Below, piece after piece: positions 1 through 9,289 of a DNA stretch of 64,000 nucleotides. A model generated the notes under the pieces. It did not search any database and was not told the origin of the DNA. It saw only the letters and a list, made by a program, of their open reading frames with translations. Both the position numbers and the translations under genes were made by a program. Origin of the DNA: Dehalococcoidia bacterium. GTDB taxonomy: Bacteria > Chloroflexota > Dehalococcoidia > Lucifugimonadales > UBA2962. The stretch is taken from positions 1,233,427-1,297,426 of the forward strand of contig OZ220697.1 of assembly GCA_965116605.1 (NCBI GenBank), given 5' to 3'. Position 1 is the first letter of the stretch, and each line of letters starts with the position of its first letter.

Positions 1-1197
1 GTCGGCCAGATTCATTCCGTTGTTGTATATGAATCCCAGGCCCTTCGTAACCACTCCTGAGGCCCACCCTAGCGTGTGCGTAAGCGAGACCATGCTGCCC
101 TGTTCATCGGCGACGCTCACAGTGGTCGTATGACCGTGCTCAGGTGAGGCCTCTCGCATCGGCCGGTACATACCCCTGCGAATCTGCTCCACCTGATCAG
201 CAAGGCGGCCCTCGTTCAGGATCTTCTCTTCAACGGGGACTGTGGCGAACTCGGGGTCGGCGTTGTATTCGAGGCGGTCGATGTGGGCTAGCCCGAGAGC
301 CGATCCGATCACTCTCAGATACTCGACACTTCCGTGACGCATGGCCCCGAGGTCAAACGGTTCGACGAGTCTGAAAAGTTGCAGGAGGGACTGGCCGGTG
401 TCGGGCGGCCTTACTGCGGTTACCTTGCGCCCCCGGTAGCTACCCACCAAAGGCTCGTAGACCCTGGGCCGGTAGGCACTCAGGTCATCAGACGTAACAA
501 ATCCTCCACCTCTAGCGATGTCGTCAGCTACCTCGCGTCCCAAGTCTCCGGTGTAGAACTCATCCGGCCCGCCCCGCGCCAGTCTGTCCAGCGTGTCCGC
601 CATGTCCGACATGTCTATGACATCGCCATACCTGTAGAATTCGCCATCCGCGTCGAGGAAGATCCGGGCGCACTCCTCGGTGGCCGAGAACCGTTGTAAC
701 GCTGTCGGTTGGCCCGGCATCGTCGGCATTACGATCCAATCCATGAAGGTCGAATGAACCGGAAGCCCGGCCCGTGCCTGATCTATCGCAGGTTGCAACA
801 GGTCAGACCAACTCATGGTGCAATACCTGCGATGAATTTCGGCAAGACCCGCAACTACTGTCGGGGTCATGATGGAGGTGTAGCCCAGTTCGCTGCGGTG
901 GTCGGGGAACGAAAACAGGCTGGATACCTCGGTTCGCACGGGAAGGTCTCGCGCCCACATGTCTTCGCGGGCCAATGAGCCGGCACGGGCGGCAAAGCTG
1001 ACCACCCTGTTCTCACCGGTCCGCCCGTCAAATGTCTGAGCCACACCCATACCGCCCGGACCGCACATGAAAGGGTCCCACACCCATTGGGTGAAGGCGG
1101 CGGCTAGCGCTGCATCGAATGCGTTGCCTCCCGCCTCCATGACCTGTGCCCCTACCTCGGCCGCCCACGGCTGAGGACATGTGACTACTCCCTTCAT
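1..1197 (-). CDS. ggt: gamma-glutamyltransferase family protein (N-terminal 399 codons; 3' end runs off the window)
   Basis: Not in the ORF track because there is no stop in the window. My own reverse-complement read from the ATG at 1197-1195 gives MKGVVTCPQPWAAEVGAQVMEAGGNAFDAALAAAFTQWV. Around 60-160 the same frame reads EHGHTTTVSVADEQGSMVSLTHTLGWASGVV. These match the GGNAxDAA box and the autoprocessing Thr box of GGT/Ntn hydrolases. Confidence 0.8.
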   Translation of the reverse strand, partial: MKGVVTCPQPWAAEVGAQVMEAGGNAFDAALAAAFTQWVWDPFMCGPGGMGVAQTFDGRTGENRVVSFAARAGSLAREDMWARDLPVRTEVSSLFSFPDHRSELGYTSIMTPTVVAGLAEIHRRYCTMSWSDLLQPAIDQARAGLPVHSTFMDWIVMPTMPGQPTALQRFSATEECARIFLDADGEFYRYGDVIDMSDMADTLDRLARGGPDEFYTGDLGREVADDIARGGGFVTSDDLSAYRPRVYEPLVGSYRGRKVTAVRPPDTGQSLLQLFRLVEPFDLGAMRHGSVEYLRVIGSALGLAHIDRLEYNADPEFATVPVEEKILNEGRLADQVEQIRRGMYRPMREASPEHGHTTTVSVADEQGSMVSLTHTLGWASGVVTKGLGFIYNNGMNLAD

Positions 1198-1258
1198 GGC
1201 ACGAATTATTCAGAGACCCTGCGGCGACCGCAACTCTCGGCCCTCCTTGGGCACAGCT

Positions 1259-2266
1259 CTAGCCCGCCGGTGACCAGACTCGCTCAAAGAGCCGCAGCCA
1301 GTTACCCCCCAACACCTTTGCGATTTCGTCTGCCCTGTAGCCCCGTTCCGCCAGAACTCTTGCAACCTCGGAAAGCGTGTCAGGAGTCTCCATCCCGTAA
1401 GGATGGTGATGCGGGTCCGGGACCGGGTTCTCCTCCAGCACAACCTTGGTACCCTGCTGCATGAACAGCCAGTCGAAGAAGGAATGAGGCTGGTCCTGCG
1501 TGTAATCGGTACCTATTCCCACGTGGTCTATACCCACTCGCTCTACCAGGTCCTCTATCGCATCGACATAGTCCCCAACGGTCGATTCGTAACCCTTTCT
1601 CAGGAACAGGGGAAAGGCGTTAGCGCCTATCACTCCGCCCTTTTCCGCGATCAGCCTGAGTGCGTCGTCGGTCTTATTGCGGGGGTGGTCCACGAAGGAT
1701 CTGGCGTTTGCATGGGTGGCCGATACCGGTAGTTCGGAGAGCTCGGCGGTCTCGAGCGTGGTCTTGTCTCCGACGTGCGACAGATCTGCCAGGATGCCCA
1801 GCCTGTTCATTTCCCTTACGGCATCGACGCCAAACCTGCTAAGACCCTCATCGGTTCTCTCGTAACAGCCGTTGCCCAGCAGGTTTCGCTCGTTGTAAGT
1901 CACCTGAATAATGCGCACGCCGAGAGCGTGGAACAGCTCCAGCCTGTCCAGGCGATTCTCGATCGGGGAGGCGTTCTGCCAGCCCAGCACGACCGCCGTC
2001 TTTTTCTCGGCCTTCGCCCTGATGATGTCGGCTACCGAAGTGGCGTGAGTCAGGGTATTTCCGTGTTCCTTGAATCGGTGAAGCCAGCTCTCTACGTTGT
2101 CCATCGTCTCGCGGAATCCCTCCCACACGGCGATGGTCGCGTTTATGGCGGTCACGCCTCCCGCCTCAAGGCTGTCGTACACGTGAGCACTGTCCCAGCG
2201 GCTCACGTTCAGCCCATCGATCACGATCGACTCGTCGTAGATACTCTGTCCCGTTTCTTCAGCCAT
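1259..2266 (-). CDS. membrane (renal-type) dipeptidase, peptidase family M19
   Basis: 335-aa ORF. IVIDGLN start, LGVRIIQVTYNERN, ADLSHVG and HVGIGTDY are typical M19 dipeptidase blocks. Confidence 0.85.
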   Translation of the reverse strand: MAEETGQSIYDESIVIDGLNVSRWDSAHVYDSLEAGGVTAINATIAVWEGFRETMDNVESWLHRFKEHGNTLTHATSVADIIRAKAEKKTAVVLGWQNASPIENRLDRLELFHALGVRIIQVTYNERNLLGNGCYERTDEGLSRFGVDAVREMNRLGILADLSHVGDKTTLETAELSELPVSATHANARSFVDHPRNKTDDALRLIAEKGGVIGANAFPLFLRKGYESTVGDYVDAIEDLVERVGIDHVGIGTDYTQDQPHSFFDWLFMQQGTKVVLEENPVPDPHHHPYGMETPDTLSEVARVLAERGYRADEIAKVLGGNWLRLFERVWSPAG

Positions 2267-2500
2267 ATGGCTTCCTCCCCAACCTCAGCTTGGCTCCTTC
2301 GCTCCTGCCTCACCACCTCTAGTTGCCGACCGGATTATAGAGGCGCCCGCCGGATCCCGAGTAGCGGGCATCCCTTCATCCGGCCGGAGCGGGACTTGCT
2401 AGAGTGTTGGTAATTCGGAATATACGGACCGGCACTTTTGACATGCGCGGGCGCCACTAGGTATGAGCGCGGGACAATCCAGGGGAGGTCACAGAGCACC

Positions 2501-3532
2501 ATGAAGGCGGCCATCTACCAAGGCAACCATCGGTTCGAGATCAAGGAAAAGCCCATCCCGGAGCCGGGACCGGACGAGATCGTGGTAAAGACGAGGTATT
2601 GCTCCATATGTGGTACTGACGTACACGGCGTGTTGTACGACGTGGTTCCACCCGGATCAGGACTGGGCCACGAGTACAGTGGAACCGTATACGCCCTTGG
2701 CAGGGACGTGACCCAATGGCGGATCGGCGACCGTGTGGCCGGCGCGGCTGGCGGGGCTCCGCCCGCCGGCACACAGAGCATCTTCATCCAGAACCCGAGG
2801 TACAACTTTCGCACCATGGGCTGGGCTACATTACCGCCCGCCTTCAGTGGATACGCGGAATACATCCTGATGAAGGCCTGGATGGCATCACCGGTGCCGG
2901 ACGGCGTGACCGATCTTCAGGCGTCTATGGTCGAGCCCATGGCTGCGGCCTTCCACGGCGTCTACCGGTCAAAGATGAAGCAAGGTGACTCGGTGGCTGT
3001 CATAGGAGCGGGGCCGCTCGGCCTGTTCTCCATGCAGATTGCCAAGGCTAAAGGCGCGTCTAAGGTGATCGTGTCCGAACCCGCTCCGGCTCGTGCAGCA
3101 GCTGCGGCGAAATTAGGCGCCGACGCCGTGCTCGACCCGACCAGGGATGAAGTGGTTGGGTACATGGCCGAACTCACTGACGGCCGGGGTCCCGACGTGG
3201 TCATAGATGCCGCCGGAGCGAGGCCTACGCTCCAGCAGGCCCTAGAAGCGGTCCGCCACGGGGGTAGGGTGGTTCTACTGGCCATCGCCTGGGAGGAGGT
3301 ACCGGTGCTCCCGGCGGACTGGTGTACCCGCGATCTTGAGTTGACCACAACATTCGCGTTCAAACCCGAATGGTGGCCAGAATGCTACAGGCTCATCGAA
3401 TCGGGGGATGTCTGCATAGAGCCGATGCTCAGCGACGACAGTCTGATCTCCCTGCAAGACATCGAGCCGACATTTGGGCGCCTGTTCACGCCTACGGACG
3501 AGATCAAGATGGTCGTGGACCTCGAAAGGTAA
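2501..3532 (+). CDS. Zn-dependent alcohol/threonine dehydrogenase-like oxidoreductase (MDR superfamily)
   Basis: Track ORF is 2438-3532. I prefer the ATG at 2501 (MKAAIYQG), which follows AGGGGAGG. Has the CSICGTDVHG Zn-ligand block and the VIGAGPLG Rossmann motif. Confidence 0.85.
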   Translation: MKAAIYQGNHRFEIKEKPIPEPGPDEIVVKTRYCSICGTDVHGVLYDVVPPGSGLGHEYSGTVYALGRDVTQWRIGDRVAGAAGGAPPAGTQSIFIQNPRYNFRTMGWATLPPAFSGYAEYILMKAWMASPVPDGVTDLQASMVEPMAAAFHGVYRSKMKQGDSVAVIGAGPLGLFSMQIAKAKGASKVIVSEPAPARAAAAAKLGADAVLDPTRDEVVGYMAELTDGRGPDVVIDAAGARPTLQQALEAVRHGGRVVLLAIAWEEVPVLPADWCTRDLELTTTFAFKPEWWPECYRLIESGDVCIEPMLSDDSLISLQDIEPTFGRLFTPTDEIKMVVDLER

Positions 3533-3556
3533 CTAGGGACGCCAGAGAGGAGGAGA

Positions 3557-3871
3557 CTAGAGCAGTACCTCACTGATCTGGATTATCGGGGCGACGTCCG
3601 TAAAGTTGGGAATGTCCTTAAGCAGACGCTCCCTACGCTCACCGGAAAAACCCTGGTCCATGGCCTCGCGCGACTCGAAGGTAGCGGTCACCACGCATGT
3701 ATAGGGAGCCTGGTCACCCTGCATTGATTCCAGGCCCCTGCTGACCTCAAAACCCACCAGGCCGAGCGGATCGAGCAGCTCGTGCACGACTGGCGCATGT
3801 CGATTGACGTAGTAGTCATGATCGAAATAACCGTCCTTGGTGTTCGGGTAAAAGGCCTGAAGTCTGATCAC
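3557..3871 (-). CDS. EthD-domain protein
   Basis: Track ORF is 3557-3889. (M)IRLQAFYPNTKDGYFDHDYYVNRHAPVV is the usual EthD N-terminus. The GTG at 3871-3869 overlaps the upstream ADH stop as GTGA. Confidence 0.7.
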   Translation of the reverse strand: MIRLQAFYPNTKDGYFDHDYYVNRHAPVVHELLDPLGLVGFEVSRGLESMQGDQAPYTCVVTATFESREAMDQGFSGERRERLLKDIPNFTDVAPIIQISEVLL

Positions 3872-5013
3872 AGCGGTACTCCCTTCCACGGGGTAAGGTA
3901 GGCTCTCGTTATCTCGGTGCCGCCGTCCTTACCTGACCATTCGGCCCGCTCAAATGCCTTGACGATCTCCGTTAAGGGGAAGCCGTGAGACATCAGTCCA
4001 GCAAGCCCGTACTTGTCCCTATTCTCAGCCAGAAAGTCCAGTGCCACCGGGAGGGTATAAGGATCATAGTGAGCGATTCCAATGATTGTGGTATTGCCCC
4101 ATACGGTCTTGGCAACATCTAGATCGGTCGTGCCCCCGGGCCACATGTTGCCGATTTCGACTAGCGTTCCGCCCTTCCTGGTTAGCTCGAGGCCCTCAGC
4201 GAAAACGTTGGGCAGGCCGACAAGTTCCATCACGACGTCACCCCCACGGCCATCGGTCAGTTCCCTGACCCTGGCTATCCTAGCGTCGGCTGTATTGAAC
4301 TCTGAAATATCCACGACCTCGTCCGCTCCACAGCGCAGGGCAAGTTCCAACCTGTTTTTCGCCCCATCGATCACGACCACGCGACCGGCACCCATCTCCT
4401 TTGAGGCGGCCGCCGCGTTAATTCCAAGTCCTCCCGCGCCTTGAATCACCACGGAATCCCCCATCTGTAGTCCCGCCTTCTTAAGGCCGAATATCACCTG
4501 AGAGACGGCGCAGTTCACTGGCACGACATCTCGGTCCTCCAGCCCCTCTGGAACCTTAAAGACAAAGTGGCCGGGGTGCAGGTAGAAGTACTGGGCGAAG
4601 CCCCCCGAGCAATACGGGTAGTCCTCAACGGGCCTCCTGAACCGGGTCCGGTGAGGACAGGCATTGAGTTGGCCTCGAAGGCAGTTGTAACACCGCATAC
4701 AGGGGAAGAAGTACGTAAATGCAACCCGATCACCCTCCCTGAGGGGAAGGCCGAGCGAGTCCGAGGACACATCCGCGCCCATCTCGGCTACCACTCCGGT
4801 CATCTCATGGCCGATTATCGTCGGTCGACCCAGAGCATCAGCGGTCCAGTTGCCGGGTCCTAGATGACCGCGGTAGTAGTGGAGGTCCGAGCCGCAGATC
4901 CCTGCTGCAGTGATTCGTACAAGGATGCCGCCCGGTTCGACTTCCGGCACTGGAAGCTCCCTGAGCTCAAAGTGGTAGGGCCCTATGTATACGGCTGCCA
5001 GTCCGGTTGTCAC
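3868..5013 (-). CDS. Zn-dependent alcohol dehydrogenase family oxidoreductase (MDR)
   Basis: 381-aa ORF. GICGSDLHYYRG, GHEMTG and VVIQGAGGLG motifs. Confidence 0.85.
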   Translation of the reverse strand: MTTGLAAVYIGPYHFELRELPVPEVEPGGILVRITAAGICGSDLHYYRGHLGPGNWTADALGRPTIIGHEMTGVVAEMGADVSSDSLGLPLREGDRVAFTYFFPCMRCYNCLRGQLNACPHRTRFRRPVEDYPYCSGGFAQYFYLHPGHFVFKVPEGLEDRDVVPVNCAVSQVIFGLKKAGLQMGDSVVIQGAGGLGINAAAASKEMGAGRVVVIDGAKNRLELALRCGADEVVDISEFNTADARIARVRELTDGRGGDVVMELVGLPNVFAEGLELTRKGGTLVEIGNMWPGGTTDLDVAKTVWGNTTIIGIAHYDPYTLPVALDFLAENRDKYGLAGLMSHGFPLTEIVKAFERAEWSGKDGGTEITRAYLTPWKGVPL

Positions 5014-5145
5014 AAGCTAGACTCCTCCGCAAATGGCTGCCCGGTTTGAGGCGATCAGCGGGCATCTTATATGATACGGCGTGCCAAGCCGGGCGCGGCT
5101 CCACGATGCGCTCGACTCTACAGGCCCCCTTTGGCGACACCCATC

Positions 5146-5814
5146 ATGGAATCCCTGCAAACACCCTGGTTCTACGCGGTGTGGGCCGTTGCCTCCTATC
5201 TGGTTGGTTCCCTGGTAGTAGGGGACCTGATCTGTAGGGCGAAGGGCATCGACATCCGCACGCTGGGAACCGGAAACCCGGGCGCCGCAAACATCTGGCG
5301 CGAGGTCGGTCCCCGGTACGGTGTATTAGTCTTCGCTCTAGACATCGTCAAGGGGGTTGCGGCCACGCTGCCGCTGTACATACTTGACATGCCAACCTGG
5401 TTTATCACCGTTGCCATGCTATGCCTCTTGGCGGGACAGTTCTTCCCCCTGTTTTTCGGCTTCGATGGAAACACTGGGATGGCAGCGATGTTTGGGGCGA
5501 CCGCGGGTCTGATTCCTCTGGGGGTGGCGATCGCCGCTCCGGTCGCGCTCGGGAAATTCGCCATAACGAGGAATGTAGGGTGGAGCGGAGGCGTTTTTTT
5601 CGCCACGGCTTGGGTTGCAGGCGGTCTTCTGCACGACACCTTCAATCTATTGCACGGCAGCTGGTGGGCCGTCGGAGCGGCCATACTGGGCGGGGTGCTC
5701 GTGTTTGGTAAGCAGGTGGTGCAATACAAGTGGATGCAGGGCGGATCTCCGACGGGTTTTTCGAGAGAGGCGAACGACGAAAAACGCAAGCGGTCGGCTG
5801 AAGAGAACAGTTAA
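5146..5814 (+). CDS. plsY: glycerol-3-phosphate acyltransferase PlsY
   Basis: Multi-TM protein with the GTGNPGAANIWR motif (GSGNxGATN class). The ATG at 5146 (MESLQTPWFY) is preferred over the track start at 5071. Confidence 0.85.
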   Translation: MESLQTPWFYAVWAVASYLVGSLVVGDLICRAKGIDIRTLGTGNPGAANIWREVGPRYGVLVFALDIVKGVAATLPLYILDMPTWFITVAMLCLLAGQFFPLFFGFDGNTGMAAMFGATAGLIPLGVAIAAPVALGKFAITRNVGWSGGVFFATAWVAGGLLHDTFNLLHGSWWAVGAAILGGVLVFGKQVVQYKWMQGGSPTGFSREANDEKRKRSAEENS

Positions 5815-5825
5815 GCAAGGAGCGG

Positions 5826-6821
5826 ATGTTGCCTAAGCCCAGGGTATTTGTGAGCAGGGAGATCTTCCCGGAGGCTCTGGATTCGATCAGAACGGTCGCT
5901 GAAGTCGATCTATGGACCGACGAGATGCCGCCACCTAGGGAGGTACTGCTGGAACGATGCTCCGGAATGGATGGCGTGTTGTGCCTTTTGACTGACGGCA
6001 TCGACGTCGAGTTCTTCGAAAGGATCGGCCCGCAGCTCAAGGTGGTCAGTCAGATCGCCGTGGGCTACAACAATATCGACGTGGAAGAGGCAACGAAGCG
6101 GGGGGTATCGGTCGGTTTCACCCCGGACGTCCTGACCGACACAACCGCTGATTTCGCCTTCACGTTGCTCATGGCCGCGGCGAGAAATATCGTTGCCGGC
6201 CACGAGGCGGCTCACAACGGATCTTGGCGCACATGGCATCCGCTTCACTTTCTAGGTCAGGACATTCACCATGCCACGCTCGGAATCGTGGGGATGGGAC
6301 GGATCGGCTTCGAAATGGCCCGAAGGTCCCAGGGCTTCGACATGAACGTCTTGTATTTCGACATTGACGAGCGCAAGGACCTGGAGGCCAGACTGCCGAT
6401 GACAAGGGTGTCTATGGACACGCTGCTCGCCGAATCAGACTTTGTCAGTCTCCATGTCGACCTCAACCCCTCCACCCACCACATGATGAATTCGGATGCC
6501 TTCAAGAGGATGAAATCGACCGCCATTCTGATAAATGCCGCACGCGGGCCGGTCGTTGATCATGTGGCACTTTACGAGGCACTCAAGACCGGTGAGATCG
6601 GCGGCGCCGGTCTTGACGTCACAGAGCCCGAGCCCATGCCCGTCGACCACCCACTACTTACCCTCGACAACTGTCTTGTCGTACCTCACATCGCCAGTGC
6701 GAGCGTCGCTACCAGGCGGGCGATGTCGCTGCTGGCCGCCTCCAACCTGATCGATGGACTTGAAGGAAGACCGATGCGAGCGTGTGTCAACCCTGAGGCG
6801 CAGACGTTAAAGGCCAGCTAA
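5826..6821 (+). CDS. D-isomer-specific 2-hydroxyacid dehydrogenase (glyoxylate/hydroxypyruvate reductase-like)
   Basis: GIVGMGRIGFEMA NAD-binding motif, INAARGPVVD and VVPHIASAS catalytic His block. Confidence 0.85.
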   Translation: MLPKPRVFVSREIFPEALDSIRTVAEVDLWTDEMPPPREVLLERCSGMDGVLCLLTDGIDVEFFERIGPQLKVVSQIAVGYNNIDVEEATKRGVSVGFTPDVLTDTTADFAFTLLMAAARNIVAGHEAAHNGSWRTWHPLHFLGQDIHHATLGIVGMGRIGFEMARRSQGFDMNVLYFDIDERKDLEARLPMTRVSMDTLLAESDFVSLHVDLNPSTHHMMNSDAFKRMKSTAILINAARGPVVDHVALYEALKTGEIGGAGLDVTEPEPMPVDHPLLTLDNCLVVPHIASASVATRRAMSLLAASNLIDGLEGRPMRACVNPEAQTLKAS

Positions 6822-6840
6822 ACAAAGTGCGGGGTATGAC

Positions 6841-7788
6841 ATGAAGATCGTATTGGGTCACGTGGAAGGCGACTTCCACACCGAGTTGGCCGCCGAGTTC
6901 CCAAACCATGAGTTCGTCGCCGCCGCATCTGTCCCTGAGCAGTTAAGTGAAGTCGTAGACGCGGAGATCTTCTATGGCTGGCCCACTAGGGAGGTTTTCC
7001 TTGTGGCAAGAGAGCTGCGCTGGATACAGTGCGCCGGGACCGGTGTAGACGCGATCCTGACCACCCCGGAGGTGGCCTCCTCCAACGTTATTCTGACCAA
7101 CATGAAGGGTCCTCATACGGCGCCCATGGCCGACCATGTCTTTGGCATGATCATCACCCTGGCCCACCGGCTGCGGGAAATGTGGGAAGCACAGAAACGC
7201 CGAGAGTGGGATATCCCGCATTGGCACGAAACGCTAACTGAACTCGAGGGCCGCACAATGGGCTTAGTCGGGCTGGGAGGCATCGGCCTGGCGGTGGCTC
7301 GCAGAGCGAAGGGTTTCGGCATGGCCGTACACGGAGTAGACCCAAGAGCCGTCAACTCCGTGTACGTCGACGTCGCTTGGTCGCCTGATAGGCTTGGCGA
7401 TCTAGCTGCAATATCGGATTGGCTCGTCGTTACGGCCCCGTATGCACCTGATACCAGGCACGTCGTGAACGGCGAGATCTTCGGGCGAATGCGGCCATCG
7501 TCTCATCTGGTCGTAATCTCCAGAGGAGGCATCGTTGAGGAGGCTTCCCTGCTGGACGCACTGCGATCGGGAAGGCTTGCCGGTGCTGCGCTGGACGTGT
7601 TCGAGACCGAACCTCTGCCACCGGATAGCGAGTTCTGGGATCTGCCGAACGTCCTCATTACCCCCCACGTGTCGGCCGAAACCGCCGAGACGTTCGATGG
7701 CCGGCGACAAATCTTCCGGGAAAACCTCGGGCGATACTTCGCGGGGGAGACGCTGATGCACCAAGTCGACAAGACCGCCGGCTATTAA
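6841..7788 (+). CDS. D-2-hydroxyacid dehydrogenase family protein
   Basis: GLVGLGGIGLAVA, ISRGGIVEE, ALDVFETEPLP and ITPHVSA blocks. Confidence 0.85.
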   Translation: MKIVLGHVEGDFHTELAAEFPNHEFVAAASVPEQLSEVVDAEIFYGWPTREVFLVARELRWIQCAGTGVDAILTTPEVASSNVILTNMKGPHTAPMADHVFGMIITLAHRLREMWEAQKRREWDIPHWHETLTELEGRTMGLVGLGGIGLAVARRAKGFGMAVHGVDPRAVNSVYVDVAWSPDRLGDLAAISDWLVVTAPYAPDTRHVVNGEIFGRMRPSSHLVVISRGGIVEEASLLDALRSGRLAGAALDVFETEPLPPDSEFWDLPNVLITPHVSAETAETFDGRRQIFRENLGRYFAGETLMHQVDKTAGY

Positions 7789-7918
7789 TCGACGCCGCTT
7801 TTCCTAGCGGGCCACCACCCGTATACTTTGGGCCGTTAGGAGAGAGCGGGCCCTTGTCGTCCGGCGGGCTGGCCTTCCGCCAGCCGTCTCTTCCCCACAC
7901 TCTGAAAGGAGCGGTCGC

Positions 7919-9289
7919 GTGGTAACAACTTACGACACCGAAGCCATTCGGCAAGCGTCGTTAAGGTACCAGTGGATGCACAATGCCGACTGGACTGAGA
8001 TGGCGGAAACCGGCGAACCGATCGTCATGGTCAAGGGCGAGGGTGTAAGGGTCACAGACTCGACGGGCAGGACGTGGCTCGACGCTCATGGTGGCTACAC
8101 TTCCGTACACCTGGGATACGGCAGGGAGGAGATCGCCGAGGCAGCTTATGACCAGCTCATGAAGGTGACCTTCTTCCCGAGCGGTACCACCACGGTACCT
8201 GTCATTCGGCTTGCCGAAAAGCTCGCCAGTTTGACCCCGGGTAACCTCAACCGTGTGTTTCCCGGCGCCGGTGGCTCGGAGGCCAACGAGACCGCCATCA
8301 AGATCACTCGCGCCTACCACAAGCGCCGCGGTGAGCAGGGACGCTACAAGGTCATCAGCCGCAGGGGCTCCTACCACGGCACCACCGCCGGCGTCTTGGG
8401 GCTCGGCAACAACGCGACCGACTTCTCCTTAAGCGACTTCGAGCCGATGGCGCCCGGTATGGTCCACGTTCCGCACCCCAACCATTACCGCGATGAGATG
8501 GGTGGCAAGACCCCCTCGGAGACGGCGATAAGGTGTGCCCAGGCCGTTGAAGACGCGATCCTAGCTCACGGTGCAGACACAGTGGCGGCTTTCATAGGCG
8601 AGCCCGTATCGCAGCCGCCTGGGGCTCCAGTACCGGCGCCAGAGTATTGGCCGATGGTACGTGAAATCTGCGACAAATACGGCGTGGTGCTAATCGTCGA
8701 TGAGATCATCACCGGGTTCGGCAGAACGGGAAAGATGTTCGGCATCGAGCATTTCGGCATCGAGCCGGACATGATGACGATGGGCAAGGGAATGATTTCG
8801 AGCTACCTCCCTCTCGCCGCCACGGTCGTCAGCGAGGATATCGCCGCCTACTTTGGCTCGGACAATATTCCCCACGCCATCACCGCCAGCGGTCATCCTG
8901 TCACGGCGGCCGCGGCGCTAAAGAACATAGAGATACTCGAGACGGAGGGCATGGTCGAAAACTCCAGGGTGCAAGGCGAGTACCTCAGGACCGGACTGGC
9001 CAGCCTGATGGACAAGCACCCGATAATCGGCGACGTTCGAGGCCTGGGCCTGCTGATAGGCGTCGAGCTTGTGACGGACCGGGAAAGCAAGCAGCGCTTT
9101 CCGAAGAGTTCGGGCCTTGCAAAGCGGGTCAACGCCGCGTTCCGCAGGAACGGCCTGATACTGCAATCGGACGGCAACGTCGTCACCGTGGGTCCGCCAA
9201 TATGCGTGACGCAGGACGACTGCAATGACATTATTGCGGGAATAGACGCCTCACTTGGAGATGTTGAGACTGAAATGGGGGTCAACTAA
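7919..9289 (+). CDS. class-III (omega) aminotransferase, copy 1
   Basis: GTG start 7 nt after AAAGGAG. GGSEANETAIK, SYHGTT, DEIITGFGRTGKMF and MTMGKG (PLP Lys) blocks. Confidence 0.9.
   Translation: MVTTYDTEAIRQASLRYQWMHNADWTEMAETGEPIVMVKGEGVRVTDSTGRTWLDAHGGYTSVHLGYGREEIAEAAYDQLMKVTFFPSGTTTVPVIRLAEKLASLTPGNLNRVFPGAGGSEANETAIKITRAYHKRRGEQGRYKVISRRGSYHGTTAGVLGLGNNATDFSLSDFEPMAPGMVHVPHPNHYRDEMGGKTPSETAIRCAQAVEDAILAHGADTVAAFIGEPVSQPPGAPVPAPEYWPMVREICDKYGVVLIVDEIITGFGRTGKMFGIEHFGIEPDMMTMGKGMISSYLPLAATVVSEDIAAYFGSDNIPHAITASGHPVTAAAALKNIEILETEGMVENSRVQGEYLRTGLASLMDKHPIIGDVRGLGLLIGVELVTDRESKQRFPKSSGLAKRVNAAFRRNGLILQSDGNVVTVGPPICVTQDDCNDIIAGIDASLGDVETEMGVN

Noticed and set aside
7867-7885. Hairpin GGCTGGC-CTTCC-GCCAGCC upstream of the first transaminase
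   Set aside because: It is a 7-bp stem without a U-tract. It could be a weak terminator for the upstream dehydrogenase, but the evidence is too thin to annotate.
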